Shown here: in pieces, positions 9,061-18,216 of the stretch
Position numbering within the stretch: position 1 is the first letter of the stretch
Layout: each line of letters starts with the position of its first letter
Assembly (NCBI GenBank): GCA_963719015.1
Contig: CAVRBA010000028.1
Location: 5,787-29,786, forward strand
DNA from: an uncultured delta proteobacterium
Lineage (GTDB): Bacteria > Desulfobacterota > Desulfobacteria > Desulfobacterales > SG8-13
Length of the DNA: 24,000 nucleotides
Direction: 5' to 3'
Position numbers and translations under genes: made by a program
The notes under the pieces: generated by a model
What the model was told of the DNA's origin: nothing
The model's database searches: none
The model's input: only the letters and a program-made list of their open reading frames with translations

Positions 9061-10443
9061 TCAGCCGGCAACATCGGTCGCCTTGGCCCCTTCATATTTT
9101 TTCAACTTCTTGTGCAGGGTTTTACGGGTGATACCGAGGCGCCGGGCGGCCTCGCTCTTGTTACCCTCAACCATTTCAAGGGTCTTGAGGATGGTTTCCC
9201 GTTCGACCGCCTCCAGCGATTCCGGAATCCCTGCCTCCGCAGCATGACCGGCTACCGCCGGTGGTGGCTGTTCGCCGGGCAGCCGCAGGTCGGGTGCGTC
9301 AAGAAGTTGACCACGGGCCAACACAACCCCTCTTTCGACCGCGTTCATCAATTCTCTCACGTTTCCCGGCCATTCATGCCTCAACACCGCATCCAGCGCC
9401 TGGGGCGTGAAGCCTTCGATCATCTTGCTGTTTTTAGCGGCAAACAATTCAAGGTAATGCTGGGCCAGCAGGGGAATATCGTCCCTTCTGCTGCGCAGCG
9501 GCGGCAAGGTGAGGCCGACCACGTTCAGTCGGTAATAGAGATCCTCCCGAAATTCACCCCGTCGGAGCAGATCTTCCAGGTTTTTATTGGTGGCGCAAAT
9601 CACCCGGACATCCACCGGCAGCGGCACTTCACCACCGACCCGGATCACCTCCCGCTCCTGCAGGACCCGCAGCAGCTTGACCTGCATGGTAACCGACATC
9701 TCGCTGACCTCGTCAAGGAAGAGGCTGCCACCATCGGCCTGTACAAAACAGCCTTCTTTTCGGCGTTCGGCACCGGTGAAAGCGCCTTTCTCATGACCAA
9801 ACAGTTCCGATTCGAGAAGAGTCTCGGTCAACGCGGCACAGTTGATCTTGACAAAGGGGCCGTCCTTTCGATGACTGTTGAAGTGGAGCGCGCCGGCAAT
9901 CAATTCCTTGCCCGTTCCGGATTCGCCTGTAATCAGCACGGTGGCCTCAGACGGTGCAACCTGTGCTACGGATTCCAGCAGCCGGACCATGGATGGGCTC
10001 CTTCCGATGATGTTGCGCCGGTCGAAGTGTTTTCCAATGGTTTCCTTCAACATGCGGTTTTCGGCCTTCAACTGAATGTGTTCGACGGCCCGGCCGATGA
10101 TTAGTTTCAGCTTGTCGAAATCGAGCGGCTTGGTCAGGTAATCGTAAGCGCCTTTCTTCAGAGCCGCCACAGCGGTCTCAACCGATGAGAAGGCGGTCAT
10201 GATGATAACCGGGATGGCCGGATTGTAGGCTTTGATTCTCTCGAGCGCTTCGAGACCGGACACTTTCAGCATCCGCACATCCATGAGAATCAAATCGAAA
10301 TATCTTTCCCGCACACTTTCGACAGCCGACTGGCCGTCATCGGCTTCAAACACCACGTAACCCCATTGACTCAAAAGGGTCTGCAGCATGGTGCGGTGGG
10401 CGACATCGTCATCGACCACAAGGATTGGATTGCCTTCGCTCAT
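9061..10443 (-). CDS. Sigma-54-dependent two-component response regulator (ZraR/AtoC-like)
   Basis: Start reassigned to ATG at 10443 (MSEGNPILVVDDD). Receiver domain, AAA+ with GESGTGKE and GAFTGA, C-terminal Fis HTH 'NKSEAARRLGITRKTLHKKLKKY'. Confidence 0.95.
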   Translation of the reverse strand: MSEGNPILVVDDDVAHRTMLQTLLSQWGYVVFEADDGQSAVESVRERYFDLILMDVRMLKVSGLEALERIKAYNPAIPVIIMTAFSSVETAVAALKKGAYDYLTKPLDFDKLKLIIGRAVEHIQLKAENRMLKETIGKHFDRRNIIGRSPSMVRLLESVAQVAPSEATVLITGESGTGKELIAGALHFNSHRKDGPFVKINCAALTETLLESELFGHEKGAFTGAERRKEGCFVQADGGSLFLDEVSEMSVTMQVKLLRVLQEREVIRVGGEVPLPVDVRVICATNKNLEDLLRRGEFREDLYYRLNVVGLTLPPLRSRRDDIPLLAQHYLELFAAKNSKMIEGFTPQALDAVLRHEWPGNVRELMNAVERGVVLARGQLLDAPDLRLPGEQPPPAVAGHAAEAGIPESLEAVERETILKTLEMVEGNKSEAARRLGITRKTLHKKLKKYEGAKATDVAG

Positions 10444-10454
10444 CGAATGTCTCT

Positions 10455-12243
10455 CTATCCAGTAAGTGGAACCCGGAGGGTGAATGTTGTCCCCTGCCCG
10501 GCAGGACTCGCCACATCGATTCTTCCGCCGTGGGCATCGACGATATTGTGGGCGATCGCCAGACCCAGACCGGTTCCGGTTGACTTGGTGGTATAGTAAG
10601 GGTCGAAAACTTTGGATAAATTCTGTGCGGGGATGCCATGACCGGTGTCGGCAACGCGGATGATGATCCAACGCCCCTCTTCATCCTTATCCGCATCGAC
10701 GGTCAGACGGCCACCGGATTCCATGGCCTCCAGTGCATTCAGAAATAGATTCAACAGGACCTGGTTGATCCGGTCCGTGTCGAGGGAGGCTTCGCGCAGT
10801 CTCTCGGCGGTATGCCATTCGACATGGATTTCCTTCTCATTCGCCTGGGCTTCCACCAGTTTAAGGGCATCTGCGATCAGCTGCGGAACCGACACCTTTT
10901 TCGGAATGATTTTGATCGGCCGGGCAAAATCGAGCAACTGGCCGATCACCCGGTTTAGTCGATCGACCTCCTGAATCATGATCCCGGCGATCTGCTGATC
11001 CTCTGGTTTGTCACGGTGGCGCTCCTTGAAATAAGTGGCAAACCCCTTGATGGAGCTAAGGGGATTGCGAACCTCGTGAGCCACTCCGGCTGCCAAACGC
11101 CCCACGGACGCCAGGCGTTGGTTACGAAGTATTTCTTTGCGAAGCGAGTGGACCTCCCGCAGATCCTTGAGAAGCAGAACAAATCCGAGAAAATGCTTTT
11201 CGCCATCGTGCAAGGGACTGGCGCTGAATGACAGGGGAAGGCGATCTCCACTTTCGAGAAGACAGTCGATTTCTCTCTCGATCACATCGCCGGTCGGTGA
11301 CATCCTTTCGATCTCGCCGAAGTATTTCACCCGGCAATACATCTGCGGCAGCACGTCCAATGACCAGATCCGGTGCAAAACCGAGAATCGACTGCGCCAC
11401 CTGGTTGAACGAGGCGATTTGACGCCGATCATCGAGAGCAATCAACCCGATGGGCATGTTTTCGACCAGATTGTCCGAAAAGGCCTTTATTCGGTCTAAC
11501 GACGCACGGGTGGACCGGTAACCCTGGGTCAAGAAAAGCAGCAGTATGCCGGACACGCACACCAACAGCAAAACGACCGCCATCACGATCGTGTGGCGGG
11601 AATCGGCCAGTTGAGCGGCAAGGATGGCGGAATTGTCGAGCCCCACAAAAATGAACTGCGGTGCCTGGGAATTCCGTTGACCCATCGGAAACGCCGGCAT
11701 CGTGTGCGGTGGTACCCCTTTTCTGCCTGGCATCCGCCCCCAAGGAGGTCCGGAGGGATCAAATCGTCGATACACCTCAAAAGACTCACGCCCGTCAACC
11801 GACTTAACCCGCCGCCATTGTACCGATTGTGTTTGGAATATCTGGTCGAAATCGAGGTCGCGACCATACGTCTGACCGACTTGGGTGAGATCGCTGTGGG
11901 CAAGAATGGCCCCGCGGGCATCGGTAACCATTAGATAAATGATGTCAGGTTGCTGCGCCGTTTCGGATAGCAGGTGCTGGAGTTTGAAACCACCCATCAT
12001 ATGGCCCATCATTCCGGTCCGGGCTCCGGCCTCGAAAGAACGGATCAGCGCTGCGCCTTCTTCTACGAGCAACCGGACGGTGTTTTCCTTTTGCCGGTTT
12101 ATGTTCTCAACAGTCAGAACGGTAAAGACCGGAATCAGTATGAGAACCGTTCCGATGAAGATCCAGACCGGTACACCGGTCCAGAGCCGGTTCATTTTTT
12201 TTGATATTTGCATGGATTGTATGCGAAGCAAATCCGGTGCCAA
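10455..12243 (-). pseudogene. ZraS-like PAS/sensor histidine kinase split by a +1 frame change (real or sequencing artefact)
   Basis: ORF 11122..12243 carries the TM/sensor/PAS part (..LVENMPIGLIALDDRRQIASFNQVAQSILGFAPDLVIGRAAADVLP). ORF 10455..11441 carries the remainder (..YFGEIERMSPTGDVIEREI..HEVRNPLSSIKG..GTGLGLAIAHNIV). Codon phase differs by one nucleotide, with the junction near 11320-11355. Confidence 0.85.
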
Positions 12244-12612
12244 CCACAGAAACCGTGTAAGGGATACCGTTTAGTCCAGAGATTTTATGAGCTCTTCGAG
12301 TGAGCAATCCCGGCCGGTTGTACCCGTCTCCAACCGGGATTCTGATTCTGAATAAAAATAGGGGCGACTGGAGATTTTGGCAACAGAAGGGTGTAACTTT
12401 TTTACCCGTAGCAAAAGGGGATAAGGCCTAAAAATGTATATTTATTACCCATAGTGGTGAGAATGGTCGTTGGAATTTCTGTAACACTTGATGGTACGAT
12501 CGAGTATCCAATTTATAAATCAGAATTCATTTTACTGGGAAGGCCGCAGAATAAAAGCCTGGCCGATAACACCGCCCCGGGGCAAAAGAGTCATTTATGG
12601 ATGGATACTGGC

Positions 12613-13098
12613 CTAATCGAGGAGATTTTTAACTGCCAGGAAGGTCAAAAATAGCGAAGTAACCAGGCCGATGATGCCAAAGACCGTCGGCCGCCGAAAT
12701 ACAAGGGCATCCACGTTCTCGAAGGGGCGATCCAATTTATCCCACAGCGGTTTGGTCACAAACCAGGTGTCCACCCGCTTTTCGATCTGCCGCATTTGCT
12801 CGGGGCTGAACAACAAGATCGATCCAATCAGCATGCCGATCACGCCGGCAATTTTACCGATCAAGGCCATGGAGCTGAAAAGGATCTCATCGATAGTATT
12901 GAATTCTCTGTCAGCGAAAAATACTTTCAGGAAGCCATCAACATCGAGACGATAGAATAAAAACACCAGAATAAACGCCGAGGCGACCATCAGGCAGACC
13001 CCGGAAATGATGTTGTGGCGGTAGATCAGGTTGTCGGTCGGAATATCTCTATCGACGAAGTGCGTTATTTTTGAGTCAATGTCCACCGCGCGGTTCAA
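12613..13098 (-). CDS. Membrane protein of unknown function (about 3 TM segments)
   Basis: 161 aa ORF (TTG start) with hydrophobic segments IISGVCLMVASAFILVFLFY, MALIGKIAGVIGMLIGSILLF and VFGIIGLVTSLFLTFLAV. Confidence 0.6.
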   Translation of the reverse strand: MNRAVDIDSKITHFVDRDIPTDNLIYRHNIISGVCLMVASAFILVFLFYRLDVDGFLKVFFADREFNTIDEILFSSMALIGKIAGVIGMLIGSILLFSPEQMRQIEKRVDTWFVTKPLWDKLDRPFENVDALVFRRPTVFGIIGLVTSLFLTFLAVKNLLD

Positions 13099-13113
13099 AA
13101 TCGCGCTGTGTTT

Positions 13114-13230
13114 TTAAAGCCTCAGCGGTGCAAGCAGCAAAAGCAGGGAAAGGAACACACCGATAGCACCGACGACCAGAGTAAAAATCTCGATCGCTTG
13201 AAGGAAAATTTCTCCAAAAAATTTTTCCAT
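13114..13230 (-). CDS. 38-aa single-TM small membrane protein
   Basis: Direct translation: MEKFFGEIFLQAIEIFTLVVGAIGVFLSLLLLLAPLRL*. AGGAG SD 8 nt upstream of ATG. Absent from the ORF track because it is short. Confidence 0.5.
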   Translation of the reverse strand: MEKFFGEIFLQAIEIFTLVVGAIGVFLSLLLLLAPLRL

Positions 13231-13478
13231 CCACCAGTCTCCTGAATGTCGTTGATGCCGCTGCGCCTTTTTTCGAGAGCATGACCGGGGCGGTTTCCCG
13301 ATCGGCGAAAAATGGGGATTTAGTGTCAGTTATTATACAGGGGAAGCGGCACGCTCGCAAGGTGTTTCCCCAGCCATCCGGCAGCGCATCGGTCCGGCGG
13401 TGGCAGAAGCGCCTGGTTACTGAATCTCAAACCCAACTGATCGTGCACAAATAAAACGATTCCGTTCGATTTCCCTAC

Positions 13479-13508
13479 TTGACTCTTTTCGGGCCGGTTC
13501 ACTATAAG
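13479..13508 (+). promoter_or_regulatory. Candidate sigma70-like promoter for the LUD-domain gene
   Basis: TTGACT - 18 nt - TATAAG about 85 bp upstream of the ATG at 13595. Confidence 0.4.
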
Positions 13509-13594
13509 GTGTCCATGGGCAATAGTGAATAATCTGCATTCAGACACTCAACATTTGCAACACCACTTAATTTTACCGGCGAAAGGACGGAATT

Positions 13595-14252
13595 ATGAGC
13601 ACCAGCCCCATAGACACTTACTGGAAAATCCGTCTGGGAGCGCTGAAGAAGGCGCTGGAAGCGAACAATTTCGAAGCATACGTGTGTGGTGATGCAGCCG
13701 AGGCAAAAAAGCTGGTCATAGGAACGATCCTATCGGTGGTGAAACCCGCCAGCATATCCTGGGGCGGCTCGATGACCTTCTCTGCCTCCGGTCTCTATGA
13801 CGACCCTCAAGGCCCGACCGGGCATCGAGATCCTCGATACATTCGACAAAACGATACCGGCAGATGAGATGCTGGAGCGCCGGCGTCGGTCTCTGCTGGT
13901 GGATCTCTTTTTCAGCGGCACGAATGCTGTTACCGAAACTGGTCAACTCGTCAATCTCGATATGATCGGAAACCGGATCGGCGGGATAACGTTTGGACCC
14001 AAACATGTCGTGATCCTGGTCGGCCGCAACAAGATCGTCTCCGATCTTGAAGAAGCCCTCTATCGCATCAAAAACTATGCGGCACCGGTCAACGTTATGC
14101 GATTGGGAAAAAATACGCCTTGCCGCAAGACCGCCATATGTGATGAATGCAAGAGCCCCGATCGGATCTGCAACACGTGGACCATCACCGAAAAATCATT
14201 TCCAAAAGGTCGGATCAAGGTGGTTCTGATCAACGAAGAACTGGGGTACTAA
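13595..14252 (+). pseudogene. LUD-domain (DUF162, LutC-like) protein split by a +1 frame change
   Basis: ORF 13595..13867 reads '..VKPASISWGGSMTFSASGLYD' then loses the family pattern. ORF 13797..14252 resumes 'TLKARPGIEILDTF..RRRRSLLVDLFFSGTNAVTETGQLVNLDMIGNRIGGITFGPKHVV'. Removing one base around 13798-13804 restores GLYD-TLKARPGIEILDTF. Confidence 0.88.
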
Positions 14253-14360
14253 ACCTGATTTTTTGAAGCGCATTCGCGCTGGTTGCATGGGCATACATTT
14301 AGCGCGGCTGTAGTCGGGTAACAGCAAGCCCTGTGGACGGCGCCCCTGTCGCCTTTTTGC

Positions 14361-14389
14361 TTGACATGTGCCTCGCCAGACCTTAATCA
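14361..14389 (+). promoter_or_regulatory. Candidate promoter for the thi operon
   Basis: Perfect TTGACA, 17-nt spacer, weak -10 TAATCA just before the TPP riboswitch. Confidence 0.35.
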
Positions 14390-14404
14390 TCTTCAGTGTA
14401 CGCC

Positions 14405-14490
14405 TTGAAGCGTGGGGTGGCCGCATGAAGCGCGGCCTGAGATGATACCCTTCGAACCTGACCTGGGTAATACCAGCGTAGGGAAACGAC
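14405..14490 (+). promoter_or_regulatory. TPP riboswitch (THI element)
   Basis: 'GGGGTGGCCGCATGAAGCGCGGCCTGAGATGATACCCTTCGAACCTGACCTGGGTAATACCAGCGTAGGGAA' contains the conserved CUGAGA, ACCCUU-GAACCUGA-CUGGGUAAUACCAGCGUAGGGAA core. It precedes thiM-E-L-D. Confidence 0.97.
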
Positions 14491-14523
14491 ACTACATACC
14501 AATTCTCGGAACTGAACCTGTAT

Positions 14524-14555
14524 GCCGTTTCCCCATGGGAACGGCTCTTTTTTTT
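14524..14555 (+). terminator. Intrinsic terminator in the thi leader (likely the riboswitch expression platform)
   Basis: GCCGTTTCC-CCAT-GGGAACGGC hairpin followed by CTC then TTTTTTTT, between the riboswitch and the thiM start. Confidence 0.75.
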
Positions 14556-14664
14556 GGGGGGGAGCATCCCCTTCCCGGTCCATTCAGCCTATACCGGAAC
14601 TGACGGTCAGCAAAAGGTAGTTCTCAATTTAAATATCAACATTAATATAAACAGGAGTCGCACC

Positions 14665-15474
14665 ATGGAGAATTTGCCGGCACAGGCCGCGCGGAACCTG
14701 GCAGAGATCCGGAAGCAGAAGCCGCTGGTCCACAACATCACCAACCTGGTTGTCATGAATTACACGGCCAATGCACTGCTGGCCATGGGGGCTTCGCCCG
14801 TTATGGCTCATGCCATCAGCGAAGTAGAGGAAATGGTCTCCTTTGCCGGGGCGCTGGTATTGAACATTGGCACTCTGACCGAAGACTGGGTCGAATCGAT
14901 GCTCACCGCCGGAAAAAAGGCGACCGCACTGGGCACTCCGATCATTCTCGACCCGGTCGGATCCGGCGCAACCAGCTTGCGGACGGTATCGGCTAAAAAA
15001 ATCCTGTCGCAGGTCGGCGTCGGCGTTCTCCGGGGTAACGCCTCCGAAATTCTTTCCCTGCGGCATGCCGACTCCCGCACAAAAGGCGTCGATTCGATCC
15101 ATGGTGTCGAAGATGCCGCCCAAGCAGCCGAAACGTTGGCGGTCGAATTGGCCACAACTCTCGCGATAACCGGACCTGTCGACCTCGTCACCGACGGTGA
15201 GCGAACGGTTCGGATCGCCAACGGTCATCCGCTAATGGCCAGTGTTACCGGAACAGGCTGCACGGCTACCGCGACGATCGGTGCTTTTTTAGCGGTCGAC
15301 CCGGATCCGCTAAGCGCCGCCGCAACGGCCCTGGCCTACTTTGGGGTGGCCGGAGAAGTAGCGGCAGAGACTGCCGCAGCGCCGGGCAGCTTCATGATCA
15401 AGCTGCTGGATGCCCTCTACACGATTACACCCGAAGATTTGCAGCACTGTTGCCGATTTGTAAACGGGCAATAG
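14665..15474 (+). CDS. thiM: Hydroxyethylthiazole kinase
   Basis: ATG at 14665 with AGGAG SD; 'KPLVHNITNLVVMNYTANALLAMGASPVMAHA', 'PIILDPVGSGAT', 'LRGNASEI', 'VTGTGCTATATIGAFLAV'. Confidence 0.96.
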   Translation: MENLPAQAARNLAEIRKQKPLVHNITNLVVMNYTANALLAMGASPVMAHAISEVEEMVSFAGALVLNIGTLTEDWVESMLTAGKKATALGTPIILDPVGSGATSLRTVSAKKILSQVGVGVLRGNASEILSLRHADSRTKGVDSIHGVEDAAQAAETLAVELATTLAITGPVDLVTDGERTVRIANGHPLMASVTGTGCTATATIGAFLAVDPDPLSAAATALAYFGVAGEVAAETAAAPGSFMIKLLDALYTITPEDLQHCCRFVNGQ

Positions 15475-15545
15475 TATCATGCCGCCGCTGCCGAGCAGAC
15501 ACGCGAATCAGCCGGGAAATCATTCACTACCGGGACGTTTCCACC

Positions 15546-16196
15546 ATGAAACCGGAAAACATCGATTACAGCCTATATCTGGTGACAGACAGAGGCCTTT
15601 CCCGCGGTCGATCGACCCGCGAGATTGTTGAATCAGCCGTTCGTGGCGGTGTCACTTGCGTGCAACTCAGGGAGAAAACAGCCACCACACGAGAGTTTAT
15701 CCACGAGGTCCAGGGGATAAAGGATCTATTGGCATCCCTGCACATTCCCCTGATCATCAATGATCGGCTGGATGTGGCCCTGGCCGTTGGAGCCGAAGGC
15801 GTTCACCTGGGGCAAAAAGACATGCCCCTTGAGATGGCCAGGACCATTTCAAAAGGACGGATGCTCATCGGTATATCGGTCGAATCCGTCGAAGATGCCA
15901 TAGCGGCGGAAAAGGGCGGGGCGGATTATCTCGGTGTCAGCCCTATCTATAAAACACTAACCAAGACCGACACGGCACCGGCCCTCGGTTTGGAGGGTCT
16001 TGCGGAAATCCGTCGGATCGTGAAGCTCCCGTTGGTCGCCATCGGAGGCTTGAATCGGGACAATACCGCTGCCGTCATCTGCAACGGTGCCGACGGTGTG
16101 GCGGTGGTCTCGGCCCTTGTCGCCGCCGAAGATCCGGAACGGGCAGCTCGACGGCTGATGCACGTCATTCAAAAGGCCAGAAAAAGATGCGTCTGA
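15546..16196 (+). CDS. thiE: Thiamine-phosphate synthase
   Basis: 216 aa from ATG 15546; 'YLVTDRGLSRGRS', 'CVQLREKTATTREF', 'PLIINDRLDVALAVGAEGVHLGQKDMP', 'ADYLGVSPIYKTLTKTDTAPALGLEGL', 'VAIGGL'. Confidence 0.96.
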   Translation: MKPENIDYSLYLVTDRGLSRGRSTREIVESAVRGGVTCVQLREKTATTREFIHEVQGIKDLLASLHIPLIINDRLDVALAVGAEGVHLGQKDMPLEMARTISKGRMLIGISVESVEDAIAAEKGGADYLGVSPIYKTLTKTDTAPALGLEGLAEIRRIVKLPLVAIGGLNRDNTAAVICNGADGVAVVSALVAAEDPERAARRLMHVIQKARKRCV

Positions 16197-17200
16197 AAGA
16201 AATCGGAGAGTTCGGTTTTATTGACCGTATCAGCCGGGGGTGTTTAATCCAGCCGAAAGGGATCGTCAAGGCCATCGGTGACGACGCGGCTGCTTTTCGG
16301 ACCGAGGCCGGCCACCTGACGCTTGTGACCACTGACCTTCTGGTGGAGCGCGTCCACTTTCTACGAGATGCCACCAGTGGCTTCAATCTCGGGTATAAGG
16401 CCCTGGCCGTCAACCTGAGCGACATCGCCGCCATGGGCGGAACAGCCGGTAACGCGTTTGTCAGCATCGCTATCCCGGAAAACTGCACTCTCGCCGAACT
16501 CGAGGACATCTACCGGGGGATGAAATCTCTGGCCGCCCCTTACAAGGTCAATATCCTCGGCGGTGATACCACACGTTCCACCCGCGACCTGATTATCAAC
16601 CTCACTGTAACCGGCACGGTTTTGGAAAGTGAAATCCTTTATCGTGACACCGCCAAGGCCGGAGACGTGATTTTAACGGACGGATTTCTCGGTGATAGCC
16701 GCGCGGGACTCCACCTGCTACTGAACCGGATCAAAGCGGACAAACCCTACCTCGAAGCCCTTCTGAATGCACATCTTCTGCCGCGCCCCCGTCTGCACGA
16801 GGGCCGCTTTCTGGCCCGCCGGCCAGGTGTTCATGCCGCCATAGATGTCAGTGACGGTCTCAGTTCCGACCTCGGTCACATCCTGCGCGAAAGCAAGGTC
16901 GGTGCACGCCTTTTCGGTGATCGGATACCGCTCTCCCCGGCCCTGGAGCAATTCTGCCGTCACCTGGGATTCGATCCCGTCAACCATGCTCTGGCCGGAG
17001 GAGAAGATTACACGCTTCTCGTGACAGTCGATCCAGCTGACGCCGACGCACTTGTCAGGGATTTCGACGAAACTTTTCACCGTCCGCTTTTCCGAATCGG
17101 TGAAATAACCGACACCAAGTCCTTCGAGCTGATTGAAACTGACGGCGAGACGCGAACTATCGCTCCCACAGGTTGGGATCACTTCAAAAAGGAGTCATGA
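16187..17200 (+). CDS. thiL: Thiamine-monophosphate kinase
   Basis: 337 aa; 'VKAIGDDAAAFR', 'TTDLLVERVHFLRD', 'GYKALAVNLSDIAAMGGTAGNAFVSIAIPE', 'NILGGDTTRS', 'AIDVSDGLSSDLGHI'. Overlaps thiE. Confidence 0.96.
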   Translation: MRLKEIGEFGFIDRISRGCLIQPKGIVKAIGDDAAAFRTEAGHLTLVTTDLLVERVHFLRDATSGFNLGYKALAVNLSDIAAMGGTAGNAFVSIAIPENCTLAELEDIYRGMKSLAAPYKVNILGGDTTRSTRDLIINLTVTGTVLESEILYRDTAKAGDVILTDGFLGDSRAGLHLLLNRIKADKPYLEALLNAHLLPRPRLHEGRFLARRPGVHAAIDVSDGLSSDLGHILRESKVGARLFGDRIPLSPALEQFCRHLGFDPVNHALAGGEDYTLLVTVDPADADALVRDFDETFHRPLFRIGEITDTKSFELIETDGETRTIAPTGWDHFKKES

Positions 17201-17203
17201 AAC

Positions 17204-18043
17204 ATGTCAGCGGACAAGAATGGAGCGGCGGTCCACCGCGGTTACACGAGAGTGTTGACTATTGCCGGATCAGACAGTGGCGGCGGGGCTGGGATCCAGG
17301 CCGATCTCAAAACTTTTTCGGCTTTGGGTTGCTATGGAATGTCAGTCATCACGGCATTGACCGCTCAAAATACGATGGGAGTGACGGGTATCCATACGGT
17401 GCCGCCCGCCTTTGCCAACCAACAGATGGCAGCGGTTATCGGCGACATCGGTGTCGATGCCGTTAAAATCGGCATGCTCTATTCTGCTGAATTGATCGAA
17501 TCGGTCGCCGATAGCCTGGTAAAGTACGGTGTGGACACCATCGTTCTCGATCCGGTCATGGTTGCCCAAAGCGGTGACAAATTGTTGCAGGATGAGGCTA
17601 TTGTGGCTCTCAAAAGGACTCTGGTTCCCTTGGCAACGGTGGTAACGCCGAACCTGCCGGAAGCGGAAGTCCTACTGGGGCGCAAAATTGACGGATTAGA
17701 TGGCATGCAGGCGGCTGCCAGAGACTTGGCTAAACTGGGCTGCCGCAGTGTTCTCGTCAAAGGTGGCCACATGCAAACAGCGGATAGCAGCGATGTGTTA
17801 TTTATCGGCAGCGAAAACCGTATCGTGGTCATGCCGGACCGGCGCGTAACGACCCCCAACACCCATGGTACCGGCTGCACATTGTCTTCCGCTATCGCCG
17901 CTCACCTGGCCAAAGGCCTTGATATCGAAGCGGCCGTCCAAAGCGCCAAACAGTATGTTGCCAGTGCGATCCGGGCCGGGGCGGCCTATCGAATCGGACA
18001 AGGCAGCGGACCGGTGCACCACTTTCATGAGTTTTGGGAATAG
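17204..18043 (+). CDS. thiD: Hydroxymethylpyrimidine/phosphomethylpyrimidine kinase
   Basis: 279 aa; 'VLTIAGSDSGGGAGIQADLKTFSALGCYGMSVITALTAQNT', 'VLDPVMVAQSG', 'VTPNLPEAEVLLG', 'TTPNTHGTGCTLSSAIAAHLAKG'. Confidence 0.97.
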   Translation: MSADKNGAAVHRGYTRVLTIAGSDSGGGAGIQADLKTFSALGCYGMSVITALTAQNTMGVTGIHTVPPAFANQQMAAVIGDIGVDAVKIGMLYSAELIESVADSLVKYGVDTIVLDPVMVAQSGDKLLQDEAIVALKRTLVPLATVVTPNLPEAEVLLGRKIDGLDGMQAAARDLAKLGCRSVLVKGGHMQTADSSDVLFIGSENRIVVMPDRRVTTPNTHGTGCTLSSAIAAHLAKGLDIEAAVQSAKQYVASAIRAGAAYRIGQGSGPVHHFHEFWE

Positions 18044-18092
18044 AACGAGGATTATAGACAATTGAAGGGTCGCCGGGTTTCTCTCTCACATC

Positions 18093-18193
18093 TTTATACC
18101 GCTTTTCAAAAATAATATCCGAAATACGGAAGGGTGGTATAAGTAATTGTAGAAAAAAACGTTCGATTAACGGAACGTTTTTTTGACAACCAC
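18093..18193 (-). repeat. MITE/REP-like element copy B, downstream of hgcB, inverted relative to copy A (20108-20208)
   Basis: Reverse complement GTGGTTGTCAAAAAAACGTTCCGTTAATCGAACGTTTTTTTCTACAATTACTTATACCACCCTTCCGTATTTCGGATATTATTTTTGAAAAGCGGTATAAA aligns end to end with copy A. Confidence 0.9.
18153..18184. terminator. Bidirectional intrinsic terminator-like hairpin between convergent thiD and hgcB
   Basis: AAAAAAACGTTC-GATTAACG-GAACGTTTTTTT: 12-bp perfect stem with flanking A/T runs; part of repeat copy B. Confidence 0.65.
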
Positions 18194-18216
18194 TAAAATG
18201 AGAGCGGAAAGGGTGT

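Noticed and set aside
9112-10104. 330-aa plus-strand ORF
   Set aside because: Antisense shadow of the sigma54 regulator; no recognisable motifs.
11320-11360. Programmed ribosomal frameshift in the kinase
   Set aside because: No clear slippery heptamer plus pseudoknot, and a similar one-base interruption exists in the LUD gene. Indel error or mutation is more parsimonious.
14196-14583. Minus-strand ORFs 14196..14567 and 14383..14583
   Set aside because: They overlap the TPP riboswitch and leader on the opposite strand; spurious.
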